A DNA stretch of 64,000 nucleotides from Adineta vaga (GCA_021613535.1 CP075495.1:2790001-2854000); one strand, 5' to 3'; shown: positions 51,379 to 64,000, numbered from the stretch's first letter. Numbers and translations: made by a program. Notes: a model not told the origin generated them from the sequence alone.

Positions 51379-53636
51379 ATGATACGACGAACCTATTCTT
51401 TGCCAGAAATTCCTATTGATCGATTAGAACAACAATATAGACGAATTCGACATAAACAACGAATTCAGGCAATAAGAACATGTGTGAAGGTAAGGAAGAT
51501 TTCTTTATTGATTTAGACGAAGTTTATTGTTATTGTTCCATTGTCGATAATTCCATTATCAAGGGAAATAAACCAAAAAAAAGAGATTATAGATATTTTT
51601 AACGTAGTAGCTTCTCGAGACATATTAGATTTATCTGTTAATATAAGCAAAAACAGTAGTCGTTGATAACATCAGTTTGTCGACCTGCTACATACGGATA
51701 CTTCATTAATATCAGCCGGTTTTTCCATATATATATATATATATATAAAACAAGATGTGCTCAAATTGAATTTTTGTTGTTTGTTCATGGATTTACGGTT
51801 AGAAATAGAACAACATTTCATCCAATTTTTCAGGAATGTTAAAGTAAGACATATTTTTCCTTCATTCGTATGATGTAATCTATTTTCATCATTACCTCTT
51901 TCCTTGGATAAAATATCTCTAACATTTCTTTGTTTGATTTGGATATTACTATAACGTCTGATATTGATTAATCAATAGACAGACTAATTCATCGTCAATA
52001 GAATAAAATTTCTGATTAAATTCTTCTCTTTTCTTTTGTTTCAATCTAGTGGATTATGTCCGAATTTGTTGCTATAACAGCAGCAGCTGCTGCGCGAATT
52101 ATATTTGCCATCCATGGCATTGCAGCGATATGGCGCGTTGCATTAGTATATAAACAAAACAAATATTGGTTTCAAGCTATCACGTAGGATATAACAACAA
52201 ATTGTTTTTCTTGTTTATCTTTTCTCTTTTCTTTTGTTTGTATTTTCAAAGACTTTTTGGTATTCCAGCTGAGTTCTTTGTCACACTCTATGTTAATAAT
52301 GGTCATGAATGGAAATGGTAATCTTTAGTGGAAATGAAAAAAATCGAAGATATTCTTTTTTTTGTGCGATTTTAGGTTTTGTCCATCTGTATTTTTTTAT
52401 TTATGTACAGTTATACCAAGTGTATGGTTTCTTGAACTTGATCTTGCTGAACGACGTTCTAAATTTAATGTAACACAAGCACTTGGTTTAGTTTCTGTTT
52501 CACAAGGAAATAGTCATTTTGATATCGATGATACATTACCAGTAAAATAAAATTTAGGAGAGAAATTTTACTTTGAGATTGTTTGTTTTTTTTAATCAGC
52601 TTGTTCCATGGAAAATTCCGGCAGAAATGTGGACACAAATTGTCGAACAAACGCTTTTACTTGTTCTTATTATTGGACGTTGGTTATTACCTGTAGGAAA
52701 AACGATGACACGTGATCAACTTTCTCAATTATTACTTGTCTATATAGGTACAGCTGGTAAGATTGTTAATCGTTCGCTTTGATTTTGTTGTATAAATCGT
52801 TTTTTAGCGGATATTATTGAATTATTTGAAGCATTTAAAGAACATGATGTACAACGAAATTTAACGATAATACATCTTATATTAGCAGCTTGGTCTATTA
52901 GTCTAATGCAATTTACTCTTGTTGTTACATCAACAAAATCGCGGAAAAATCGTACAGGTGGCATGAAAAAAATCGATCCTGTTGAAACCGAAAGATTTTT
53001 CAGTTGTCGATTATTTTGGGAAACTGAACTTTGGGTAAATGAAATTTTCATCGTTTTGTGAATCAATTGTAGATCAAATCGAATCTATTTCAGGCTCTTT
53101 CAACAACAATTCTTTTACAAGACGGTCCATTTCTTTGTCTTCGACTAGGTTTAATTATTCATTATAAAATTATTTCACAATCAAATGTATTTTTTACAAC
53201 AAAAAATTTTCTTGTTGTTCTCTTACAACTCTATCGTGTTTGTGTCATTATTATTGAACATCGAAAACGTCAAAAATTAGCTCATTTAAATGGTAATCAT
53301 ATTGCAACGACTCCAACATCGATTTCATCACGTAAATCTTCGTCAAATCGTCGAAAACGTACAGATACAATGTCAACAATAGCAACTAATCAAAGTTTAC
53401 CATTACAATCCATTTCAATGACAAATCTTCGTCCAGCTCGATTTATTGATAATCATATAGAATTAGAAGGAAATTCAGATCCGTTACCAAGACGAAAACG
53501 TCTAGTAACATCAACTGTTGTTCCACCACGATTGCCACCAGGTCGACCTACAATTTCGCATTCCAACTCACTAACAATCGTACATCAACAACCCAATCTT
53601 AATGTAACTAGTCATAAAATATGTACAGAAGTGTGA
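51379..53636 (+). CDS. TMEM26: TMEM26 family multi-pass membrane protein
   Basis: First exon 51379-51489 (alternative 51787-51843), then about 52050-52183, 52252-52317, 52376-52541, 52600-52756, 52808-53034, 53094-53636. EWKWFCPSVFFYLCTVIPSVWFLEL, EQTLLLVLIIGRWLLP, TRDQLSQLLLVYIGTAADIIE, LQDGPFLCLRL, FFTTKNFLVVLLQLYR. Confidence 0.92.
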
Positions 53637-54313
53637 AATGATATATCGGCATAGTTTTTCTTTTTTCGTGTAACCTTGAACTAGAAAAAAATTTTCTTCT
53701 TGTGTTATACATGTGTCTTTTACGTATAAGTATAGGAGAAGAAGAAGATCATCATGATCAACATATAGAATTCAAACGAATGCAATGAATAGATCCAGTC
53801 AAGTAAGCACTAATCTTCAGTAAGTAGAGTTACGTAGTGATTTATGTACATACATATAATATATACTGAACAAGAGTAGTACGAAGAAATTCTTCATTCT
53901 ATTGCAAAAGGATACGAAGAAATGGAAAGAGAAAGAAAGAAAAAAAGCATATAATCGATTAAATGAAGAGAATGTCACGTATAATCGTGTACACGATGCA
54001 TGTATAAATGTTGTAGTCAATATCGATTTTCGAAATTTATATACTACAACTATTTACTCTTCCTACCGATTAAACGATTTCTACACGGTAAAATTGTGTT
54101 TTATTGAAAAAATTCATTTGAAGAAAAAGCAACAACAACTGAAATTTATTCTATTTTTTATAAATCAAGATATAAAGCATAACTGAACAACAAAAAAAAA
54201 GCTTCTTTCGAAAACACGAACGACTTCAGACAAGGTAAATATCATCTCAAGGTTTTTGTTGTTTTACTCTTTCCTTTTTTTAGATTCATTATATTCCTAT
54301 TGATTATGTATCA

Positions 54314-54556
54314 ATGTCGACTATAAGCAATAATAATGATGTATTATTTAATGGACAATTCGATGCTCGAATATTTGTTGCAATATTCGTTCCAGCAATG
54401 TTTCTATTGATCATTATTTTAACTATGCTCGTCTTTCTAATATATCGACAACCATCCTATTACGATAATTATACAGCTGATGATGAAACAGATCAATCTG
54501 ATATATCAAATTGTAAATTCGAAATTATATCTCGAGCACCCAATAATTACGTATAG
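54314..54556 (+). CDS. Small (80 aa) single-pass membrane protein
   Basis: ATG ORF with one strong TM (IFVAIFVPAMFLLIIILTMLVFLIY) and an acidic, Tyr-rich tail; preceded by a clean 5'UTR GT-AG intron (~54235-54284). Confidence 0.6.
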   Translation: MSTISNNNDVLFNGQFDARIFVAIFVPAMFLLIIILTMLVFLIYRQPSYYDNYTADDETDQSDISNCKFEIISRAPNNYV

Positions 54557-55300
54557 AACAGTAATCGTTCGGTTCCTTTTTTTGTTACTTCCGTGTTTGA
54601 ATTGAACACTGATTTATGTTTTCTGTTGAATTCTAGTTGAAAAGAAAAACGAAATGATATATATATATATATACTACATCTGTCCGCCCTTGTTCATTAC
54701 TTTAAACGTCTAACACATTCATTTTCTTTCGTTAGACCATTTCTTTAGCATATATTGAATTGTCTGACAATTTCTTTGGCATGTGTCAATCGATTAAAAG
54801 TTTCATTCAATTGAAAAAGTAAAAGAAGACAGTACACTCAGTTGACAGATTAATAACTCTTTTATATGCATCCGAGACTCGAAAAAAGCACATCAGAAGT
54901 ACTTGAAATTATTTTCTTAATAGAGAATATATTCAAGTATAGCTTTTTGTATTCTATTTCTCCTTCATTTGTACAATGAATGAAAAGCAACCTTATATTT
55001 TTGGAATAACAACACATCTCATTCGAAAGAAAAAAAGGTATTTTTAAGAAAACAAAACACAGAATTCTCTTCTCAAGATTCTATTTACATTTCAGTCACA
55101 TGTATGTAGACAAATTTTACTAAGAGATTATTACTTCTACATACATTCATTTTATTCAACTGATCCTTGTCAGTATTATTCAGGGTTAAAGACAAATACG
55201 GATATAATCTTACATATGTATATATATATATATATATATTACAACTCATTTTTTTTCTTGTAGACAATACAAAAAAAGATTATTTTCTGTTGAAACAAAT

Positions 55301-56198
55301 ATGACATCTCGATCACGTTAGCAACATTTACTTTTCGTATATAAGGTTATTATCTTTTCGTTCAGATCGAACACATACGACCACTTCTCCACGTAAAAAA
55401 CAAAGTCGTTCACAATCCACTCATCAGCATTTCGAATCTTCTAGAAAAACACCTAGTACTGTTGAGCAATTTAGTGGAGCAAACGATGATTTTCTTCGAG
55501 AATACTATGATCATTTGTCCGAAGTATATCGACGACCGAAATTGGGTTTACAACACTATCAATTGAATGAACCAGCTAGTTCAATATTGAGACAAAGTGG
55601 AATTTATCGTCATCCAGACTTAACAATTGGTCAGAAACTATGTCTACTTGAAAAATGTCGTGTAAATAGAAAGAAAACAACATTGAATGACTTTAGTTTT
55701 CTTTGGAAATTTTAGGTTTATGATAATGAAGATATGAAAAGACATCGCGCAAATTCATGTTTACACTTGTTAAACAAACGTTTCACAGAAGGTATGTAAT
55801 CAATTGCAGATTCTAGATCTTTTGTTTTTTGTTTTGTTTTTATAGATCTACTTTACAAGCCGCAATATCGTAATTAAACTAATAATAAAAGATTATCTAA
55901 TGATTTTTCTTATGAATTAGGTTTAAGTGACCCAAGAGATTATATTAGCTATGTGAATTTTGTGAGAACACCACGCCCAACAGCTCGTGCAGTGAATACT
56001 GGCTATCATACACCTCGAAATCCTCATACTTCTCGTTCACGAAATGACAATCGAGAACGATTTTCTAATGTTCGGTAATAAGATAAATCAATTCATTACA
56101 GTATTGACAATGATCAATATTCTTTTCTATTTAGTACGTCTAGTTATTTGGATAGAAAGGAATTTTCTGATCTATCAAATTCAACATTTACTTACTAA
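55301..56198 (+). CDS. FAM216-domain protein
   Basis: Exons 55301-55316, 55366-55661, 55716-55791, 55846-55869, 55921-56074, 56135-56198 make one open frame. HPDLTIGQKLCLLEKCRVYD resembles the FAM216 core (HPDLTxGQKxYL). Confidence 0.65.
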
Positions 56199-57388
56199 AG
56201 ATATTAATGTTATTTTGAATTCTTCGAAAATTGAAGCAAACACAAACAAGCTCACTATCATCACATCACATCAGAGACACATCGTTTATACAAAAGAATC
56301 TAATGTGTCACTCTTTATTTTATATTTCTTTTTTTTATTTTCATTAAATACTATTATTAAATGGGTTTTTTTCCTCATCTATGCCACTCATTCACAGCGA
56401 AGGAGTTGATAGTTAAAGAGATTCGAAAAGAGTGTATTGATAGCAATTTAAAAGTTGAAAATATTTGAATATGATCAAGTAGAATTTGAGCACATAGGTC
56501 CTAGTAAATGACTTTCAAATTCATATAAGACCAATTCACTTATCAGTTGTTTGAATTTTAAGCTTCATTTTTCTCATCTGGATAAAAGTTTGTATAGCAG
56601 AACCATGTAGAAAACTTCGAAGATGCCATTGAATCGATTGATACATCACAGAAGATGTTGGACACAAATAAAATCTGAGTCTAATAATTGGTTATGATTT
56701 CAATTTATGTTCCATTAAATACTGCGATCTACTATTTATTATACATTCTTTCCTTATTATTTTCACTTTCCTGGTGAATGATGCTATATTATTCACGTCA
56801 AATTGAACGTTTCTTGCATCATCATGTTGGAAATTTCTCAAGAGAGAAAAAGCGAGATTTCCATACTTCAGTTCTTCGATAAAAATTTATTTAATTTAGT
56901 AAAGAATCAGGTGGAATATATTATCTAGTGGCTTATTAATTTTACTTTTATCAATGATGTTTGTTTCTTATTTCTGTATCGATATTGATACAAAACAAAT
57001 TGTATTAGTAAAAATTCGTGCATGTTTTTTGGCTCAATCTAATATGGAAGTAATAACGATTTCTAGGAAGAATACTATCTGTATAATGAAGAAATACAGA
57101 AAACATAAACAGAAAAGTCAGTGTCGCACACACACACGCTTGTCGTATGAAAAGCACTGTAAACTATCAAAAAAGAAAAGTTTAGATATGTAAGTATAAA
57201 CAAAAGTAATATAAGAAAAGAAGAAAAAAACAAAGTTTTGTTCATGAAATTCTTGTTGCACGTAAGAAAATTGTTAATGGAATGAAAATTGAAGAAAAAA
57301 AGAAACGAGTTATTGTGTTTTGTTTTTGTAGGAGAAATTTTTGTGAGCATTTTGTTCGATAAGATATTTTGATTAAATTTAGATTTTG

Positions 57389-60300
57389 TTAATCATCTTT
57401 TACTTCCGATACAGTTATAATTGGTGTAAGACGCATATGTTTAAAACGCTGTTGAACAGCATAAAGAATATAACATGGACAGAAAAGAAATATAGCACCA
57501 CATATATATGTTGTTTTTTCACCAATCGACCAATATGCTATGAATAAAAAAGAATCATTGTATGAAAATAATCGAAATAAAATGAAGAGTAATACCAAAT
57601 GAAGCAATCAATGGACCAGTTGCTCGAGCAAGTGCTTGTAAACTTCGAAATATACCCAAAATAGTACCTTTTTCACTTTCTAAACCATATTTCGATGCAA
57701 AACTATTGATAACATTGACAACAATACTCGAAGCTAAAACAGCAGAATACAACGATTAAAAATGATCATTCCAAAACAAAAAAGAAACATTTTACCTATT
57801 GAAAAAAGTATTAAACCAATCCATAGAATTGTTTTTGATTGAGCAAAGCCCAGTAGAATAAAGGAAGGAATCAGAATTAAAATACCCTAGATAAATACGA
57901 AAACAAAAAAAAGAAATGTAATCATATGATCGAGATTGTAAACAATATCACAATGATGGAAATAGATAAACAATCGAGTCATAGACATATGATCGCAAAT
58001 TGAAAACAAAAAATTTCTTTTTTCAAATACTAGACAATCATCGGAAGGATAAGCAACGAGAGAACGAGAAGCATAGCAGGCGACCTGTTACCTCGTTTCT
58101 CTTCTTATCATCTATATCATTTTGCTATGCATAAAACAATACAGAAGGAAAGAATGTGACGAGGGAAAGAGAGAGAGAGAGAAAAAAAGAAACGGCATGA
58201 CGAATCATTCTCTTCTTTTTTTTTCTTCTCGCACTTTCGGTCGTCCTCTTCAACTCAGCAACACTATTCATATAAAATAAGAAGAACGATACTATCAGTT
58301 CCATTCAAAAAGTTTTTTTATATTCATATCCATTAATAAAATTCATGCAAATCTTAATGTGATGTTTTCAATTATTTTCCTATTATTCTCTTTAATAACT
58401 ATCAATTGTTTTCCCTGTCCAAATGAATGTATATGTAAACCTCTGATACAACCGACGGTGATTTTACACGAATGAATTATTTAATTAATTGTACAAATAG
58501 TCCATTAAAGAATGCAAAACTTATCTTTCATGCTGAATCATGGTCAATACTTGAAGATAAAATCGAAGATGATGATACAAGCAATGATTATACTATATCA
58601 ATTGATCTATCATTGAAACAATTCGATAATACAGCAATAAATTTAACTGGTTTTTCATATTCAATCGAAAGTCTTTCATTAACAAATCCATTATCTGAAT
58701 TGAAACCCAATGCATTCAATTCCACACTATATCAAAATTTAAAATTACTCAATCTATCATCATGTTGTCAACAAATACCAACTGAATGTCGTGAACTTTT
58801 TCGTCCACTTAACAAACTTGAAGTACTCGACTTAAGTGGATCAGATATGTACAAAACATGTCTTAATACACCAGGTAACTTATCATTTTGAATCGAAATA
58901 AAACTGATAAGTATAAAATATTTAGGTACAATATCTTCCACATTACGTGATTTAATCTTACGTAATAATAATTATGATACAAATGTATTTTCTCATACAA
59001 GTCCATATTTTACTGGTGTACGAACAATATCTGGTAAACTTAATTTAGAGAGTTCTCGTTTTAATCTAAGTACACAATTAAAAGGAAATTGTCTATTTGA
59101 TCTATTTCCGAACATAACCATATTAGATTTTTCTTCGATACAATTCATTTCTATATCAAACGATATTGATATTCATTTAAAACATTTCCTTCATTGTAAA
59201 AGTAATTCGGAAAATGTTTACAATGGAAAACAATTAATTGAATTATATCTACGTCAATTAAATCTTCAATATATACCTCAATGGTTTACGGATGATCGAT
59301 TTCCATTATTAACTCTATTGGATTTATCAAACAATCGAATTTCTACGATTGATTTAGGAAGTTTTTCGAAATTAACATATATATCTTTAGCTTTAAATCC
59401 AATTGAATTCGAGAAAATCACCTGGCGGACAAATTCTAATTATGATTCAATTAATTTACGTTCGATTATTTCCAATCGAACAAAGAATTTATCAATACAA
59501 TTAGAAAATCTCTTTCAACTATCAACAAATATTGATTATAGTGATAATTCTGGAAATTATCATTGGAATCTAACGAAATTTTCTATTGGAATTGATTTTT
59601 CTCGTGAAGTTTCATTAAATCTTTCTCGAATGAATCTTTATTCATTTGATATTCAAGATATATCAAGATTCGATGATTTATATCGTTTAGATATAAGTTC
59701 AAATGATTTAATTGAACTTAATTTAGAAAAACAATCGAAATTAACTTATCTTGATTGTTCAAATCAAAAACTCAAAAATTTAATTTTAAATTCCGAAAAT
59801 TCAAATTTAATCGAATTGAAATGTTCAAATAATTCCTTACAAATACTCGACAATCTTCTCTTTTATCGATATGAAAATATCAAATTAATCGATTTATCTT
59901 TCAATCAAATTCAACGAATTTCTCCCCAATTCAATAGTCGATTTCTACATACGATTAATTTTCAAGTGAATCAAATTGAAAAAATTCCTTCGAAAATCTT
60001 CCATGAAAAATTGCTAAGTCTCTATTCAATTAATCTATCTTGGAATAGAATAAATACCATCGAAAAAAATGCTTTTCAATCACCAAATTTACAAATATTA
60101 GATCTAAGAGGAAATCCATTGAAATCGATTGAAAATAATTTTCTCTTTACATCATCGTTACGATTATTCTTTATAATGAATAATACGGAAGATTTTCTCC
60201 ATCGTTGTACACAAAAGATCACCAATGATAATTTATTATCAACTTATTTAACATGGATAGAACAAAATGGAACTTATATGAAACATATTGAATCAATACC

Positions 60301-62366
60301 AATAGATAAATGTTTACGTCCTTATCAATCACGAAGTAAAACAAAATGGATGAAATTTAATGATAAATTTCATATAAAACATTTCTCATTCTATGTGACA
60401 ATGTTTGCAATTAGTGTGGGATTTATTCTTGGAGGAATTTATCTTTATCGAAAGAATCAATTGAATTTATTTCGAAATTTTAAACATTATAGATTATTAG
60501 ATCGAAATAATTCAAGTGAAAATACGAATGATTTTTATCAAGATCAACGAGAAGATGATGAAATTGTTATGAATCTTGATGAATCACCATTCAATGTGGG
60601 TAATCGAGTTGTTAATTAATTGTGTATTTCTTTTCTTTTTAGAATAAATACTATGTTTACTTATATGAATACAATTGATTTTCTCGTCTACAGATCTGAT
60701 ATATATATAGATGCGATAAACAGAAGATTTCTGAGAACTATATTAGACGTGATAATAATCTTTCTAATTATACTTACAGTCATAGCTGCAATGATTTCTT
60801 TTCCATGAGGTATTCGTCGAACATATCCACCTTGTACTAATGCCATACATAAACCCATAATAAAGAACATTTTTCCTTGTTGCATACTATGAAATTAACG
60901 ATTAAAAATATGTGAATTTCAAATTTAAATCAATATTTACCTATTCCAATTGAATCGATTATAGACAAGAAATGTTATGGTAAATTCTAATCCAGAAAAG
61001 ATCATCATATAAAGAAAACTTGCTAAACCTAATCGACGTAGAATTGCGATGTCTAAATGTTAATTTGATTAGAATTAATCTTTTTGAAAATCAAAATTTC
61101 TACCATCAAGAGATTTCACATTATGAATTGAAGTAAATTTAAATAAATGCCATGGTAATACAGCATTGTAAACATCTTCAATCGTAGTTTGTTTCGCATC
61201 CTTTAAAAAAAACAAAAAAACAAATCAAATAGACAATTGGATCAAGAAAAGTTTCGTACTCGTTTTGAAACTGGTAATGTTTCAGGACAGAATTGACTGA
61301 TAAAAGCAATATTTATCAAGGATAATATTAGTGAAACAATAGCCGGAAAAATAAAAAACATAACTGTTGATTGTGGCCAATAAGTAGTACCTAATTGACT
61401 GCATAATGCACCAAGTAATGGTCCAAAAATGAAGCCGAGTGAAAAAGCAGCACCAATCCATGCCTTTACAAAAGAAAGAAAAGGTTAGGAACACAAATAA
61501 ACATGAAATTCGATCCAGTGATGTGATTGTAAAAAACTTTTATTAACAACACAGACTCAATCAAAGAGAGAGAGAGAGATGTCAACGAAGATAGATAGAT
61601 GTCAACAGAAAATTATCTATTAATAAATATGAATGAGATCGGTCCTTTTTCCTTCTTCTTTCAACATCAAAATATTTACCATTGCACGATTTCGTTCATT
61701 TTCCGTTGTCGAATCTGATACAATTGCTAATGTAATCGCCACATTTGCTTTGGAAAGTCCGCCAATAATACGTGCTACCATAAATACAGTTAAATTCAAT
61801 GAAACACACCATATTGCATATGAAAGTGATATTCCTATCTAAATAAACATATCAAGTCATAATAGATCGATATAATACATAATTGTTTGCAAATTATATA
61901 CCATTGAAAGAAGAAGTATTGGTTTTCGACCATAACGATCTGATGCAGCACCACATAATGTTGAAGAAAAAAATTGTAAGAAAGAAAATAAAGAACCAAT
62001 AATTCCTATGGAAAATATTAACTGTACGAAGAAAAGAAAATCGAAATCTTTTTTTTGAAAATTTACCTCCAAATAAAACAGAATTCCATTTCGGATCATT
62101 CGGTGCTCCGGTTATATCTTGAATAAATTGAACAAATGACATCGTTCGAGCATAGAGTGAATCCTAAATGTATTGAAATTCAAAAACAAAACAAAAAATG
62201 TTTTTCTTTTCTTTCATCTTATTGAATATCTTACATGACCAATGCCGATTCCACTACCATAATATGTTAAAATTTTCGGTAATAATGGTAAAATAATGGT
62301 AAATTCCAAGAAATCAATGAGAATTGAAATAAACAATATACCAATAATATTCGACATAATTCTCAT
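57389..62366 (-). CDS. MFSD10: MFSD10/TETRAN-like major facilitator transporter
   Basis: About 12 exons. SILIDFLEFTIILPLLP, SVLFGGIIGSLFSFLQF, motif A GAASDRYGRKP, ARIIGGLSKANV, AFSLGFIFGP, FSGLEFTITFL, MQQGKMFFIMG, VQGGYVRR, GIFRSLQALARATGP. Contains a 2.9-kb intron, 57887-60777. Confidence 0.92.
58362..60619 (+). CDS. LRR single-pass receptor without TIR domain, nested antisense in an MFSD10 intron; apparent 1-nt deletion near 58442
   Basis: Signal peptide MFSIIFLLFSLITINC, LRRNT cap CPNECIC, exons 58362-58874 and 58926-60619, many LxxLDLSxN repeats, TM FSFYVTMFAISVGFILGGIYLY, short acidic tail. Confidence 0.85.
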
Positions 62367-63002
62367 TATGATAATTACTTAACCTTGAATTTCTTGTAGT
62401 ACGAGAGATTAATTTGGCATAAGTATTACCAGTCAAGATGTCATTCTATCTAGTAGGAAAAGATTTATATAGAGTTGTCTAAATCCACTCGGGATATTTC
62501 TATATTTTCTCTGTTTCTAAGGAAAACGTATCAACGACTAGCATCTGTACATTGTCATCGACATACGGGGTCTTTTATATAACTGTATAAGAAGTGTCTA
62601 TGAAGCAAACAGAGATAGAAAAAGACAGATGTATATTGGTTAAAGAACGCAAAAAAAGAAGAAAAAAAAGAAAAGAATGATACAAAGCACAATCATCAAG
62701 AGTGATAAGAACACTAATGTACAGAATGTTTGATCAGTAGCAAAACAGACATCATCGACAAATCTATAAACAAAAGAAAATGATGATGTTTATGTCCATG
62801 AATAGTTGCTTTGCTTTCATCAGTCATTCATTTGTACATTGATAGTTAAATATTTATGTATATATCGAGAAGAGAACAAAAGAAAAAGAGAATATCGATA
62901 TTTATTCATGGATTTTCATTTGTGTATAAAATTATAAAATGAATAAAAAAAATATATTTACGAAAGCAAATGCTATACAGAATGAGAGAAAATTTTGACA
63001 TT

Positions 63003-63419
63003 TTAGATTTGTTCATTTATCGTCGTATTTAATGTATCATTCGTTGTTGTGGCTTGCATCTGTTCCATGAGTAATTGAATTGCTTGTTGTCGAGCATCGA
63101 TATAACGTTGTCGACGAAGTTCTTTATAACGTTCAATACGTTCTTTTTCAAGAACAGGATCAGTTAATGGATTATCCCATCGAAGTGAAGCAAGATTAGC
63201 AGGTGTTAGTTTATTTAAATCAGATGGATTTTCTAAGCAAACTAAGATAGAATAAGAACGCTTTTTTCTTTTGTACAAACCATGAATGATTTGATCATTT
63301 CCATCGAGATTTTTGCCTTTGGATTGTAATTTTCGTTGTCGTCGTTTTTTATTCGTACGTTTCTTTTTTGTTGTCGGTTGTGGCTGAATTATTTCGGTAC
63401 TACTAATATCAATCGGCAT
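63003..63419 (-). CDS. LIAT1: LIAT1-like (ligand of arginyltransferase ATE1) protein
   Basis: Lys/Arg-rich stretch, then SLRWDNPLTDPVLEKERIERYKELRRQRY matching the LIAT1 domain pattern (SLRWxxxLxDPxxExERIxxYKxxRRxRY); probable intron 63233-63280. Confidence 0.75.
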   Translation of the reverse strand: MPIDISSTEIIQPQPTTKKKRTNKKRRQRKLQSKGKNLDGNDQIIHGLYKRKKRSYSILVCLENPSDLNKLTPANLASLRWDNPLTDPVLEKERIERYKELRRQRYIDARQQAIQLLMEQMQATTTNDTLNTTINEQI

Positions 63420-64000
63420 TCTCAATCTAAATAACTAACCATCTATCTAGAAAAAAAGAAGATTTTTAAATCAAGAAAATCTATGAAATTTTATTTCTTT
63501 ATTTTTAAATAACAAAATCAAATTTGATTCTTTTTATTTTTTTCTTTTCTTCGAACATCGTCAATTTATACTATTGGATGAACCTGAAACACGTAGAAAA
63601 ACAACTTTTTATATTAAAAGAAAATATGTTTTATTTTTCAAATAAGAACCTTAGTTTTAACTGACTGGATATATATATATATAGTCTTTGCAATGAATAG
63701 GAAGATAACATTGATTCTTCATGTAGTTAAATATTCCACGAAAAACAAAACATTTCTATTACGTATGTCATTCTCACTTTTTCTTCGAAAAGTTTTTGAA
63801 TAAGGTTATTACATGAAAGAATAAGAAAAAAAAACGAAAAGAGCATCGAACATGCCAAAAGAAGAAGAAGTAAAAAATCAAAGAATAGTCATGTGTACAA
63901 AACAAAAAAAGAAACCAAACGGCGAGTGACACACCGGGACAGAACCAAAATGAAGAAGAAGAAGAAGAAGAAGATAGAATATCCGACCGATCAAGAGAGA

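Noticed and set aside
55875-56081. Apparent in-frame TAA read-through or pseudogene in the FAM216-like gene
   Set aside because: All the stops fall inside canonical GT-AG introns (55870-55920, 56075-56134); the spliced frame is intact.
56480-56700. Minus-strand fragment IQWHLRSFLHGSAIQTF faintly like retroelement gag
   Set aside because: Too short; no LTRs or pol remnants nearby.
1-64000. CRISPR arrays, rRNA, tRNA, intact transposases, prokaryotic operons, alternative genetic code
   Set aside because: None recognised; genes translate with the standard code once introns are removed.

Overview
Eukaryotic, very AT-rich genomic DNA with about 21 intron-containing protein-coding genes and mostly short (about 48-65 nt) GT-AG introns. 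Composition, intron size, gene content and an intron-containing bacterial-type gene point to a bdelloid rotifer; this is inference, not a database result. Gene order: turtle/IGSF9-like Ig-FN3 receptor (5' truncated), Rh ammonia channel, innexin, a GRL/7TMIC-like membrane protein (-), a two-TM guanylate cyclase, a claudin/PMP22-family tetraspan, a WH1+CRIB protein, BCL11-like zinc finger, SLC25A39/40, an EF-hand protein (-), ZSWIM8, AidB-like acyl-CoA dehydrogenase, calmodulin-like (-), troponin C, an orphan coiled-coil protein, TMEM26, an 80-aa single-TM protein, FAM216-like, MFSD10 (-) with an LRR-TM gene nested antisense in its largest intron, and LIAT1-like (-). Best leads: (1) a bacterial-type AidB with introns and an apparent mitochondrial presequence, directly downstream of ZSWIM8 behind an unpaired splice acceptor (possible trans-spliced operon-like capture); (2) a minimal 2-TM guanylate cyclase head-to-head with a GRL/7TMIC-like channel across a CRE-containing spacer; (3) a BCL11 lacking the central finger pair; (4) the nested LRR receptor. 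Two genes carry single-base deletions that are probably assembly errors. No rRNA, tRNA, CRISPR or intact transposon was recognised. Exon boundaries were read by eye and may be off by a few bases.
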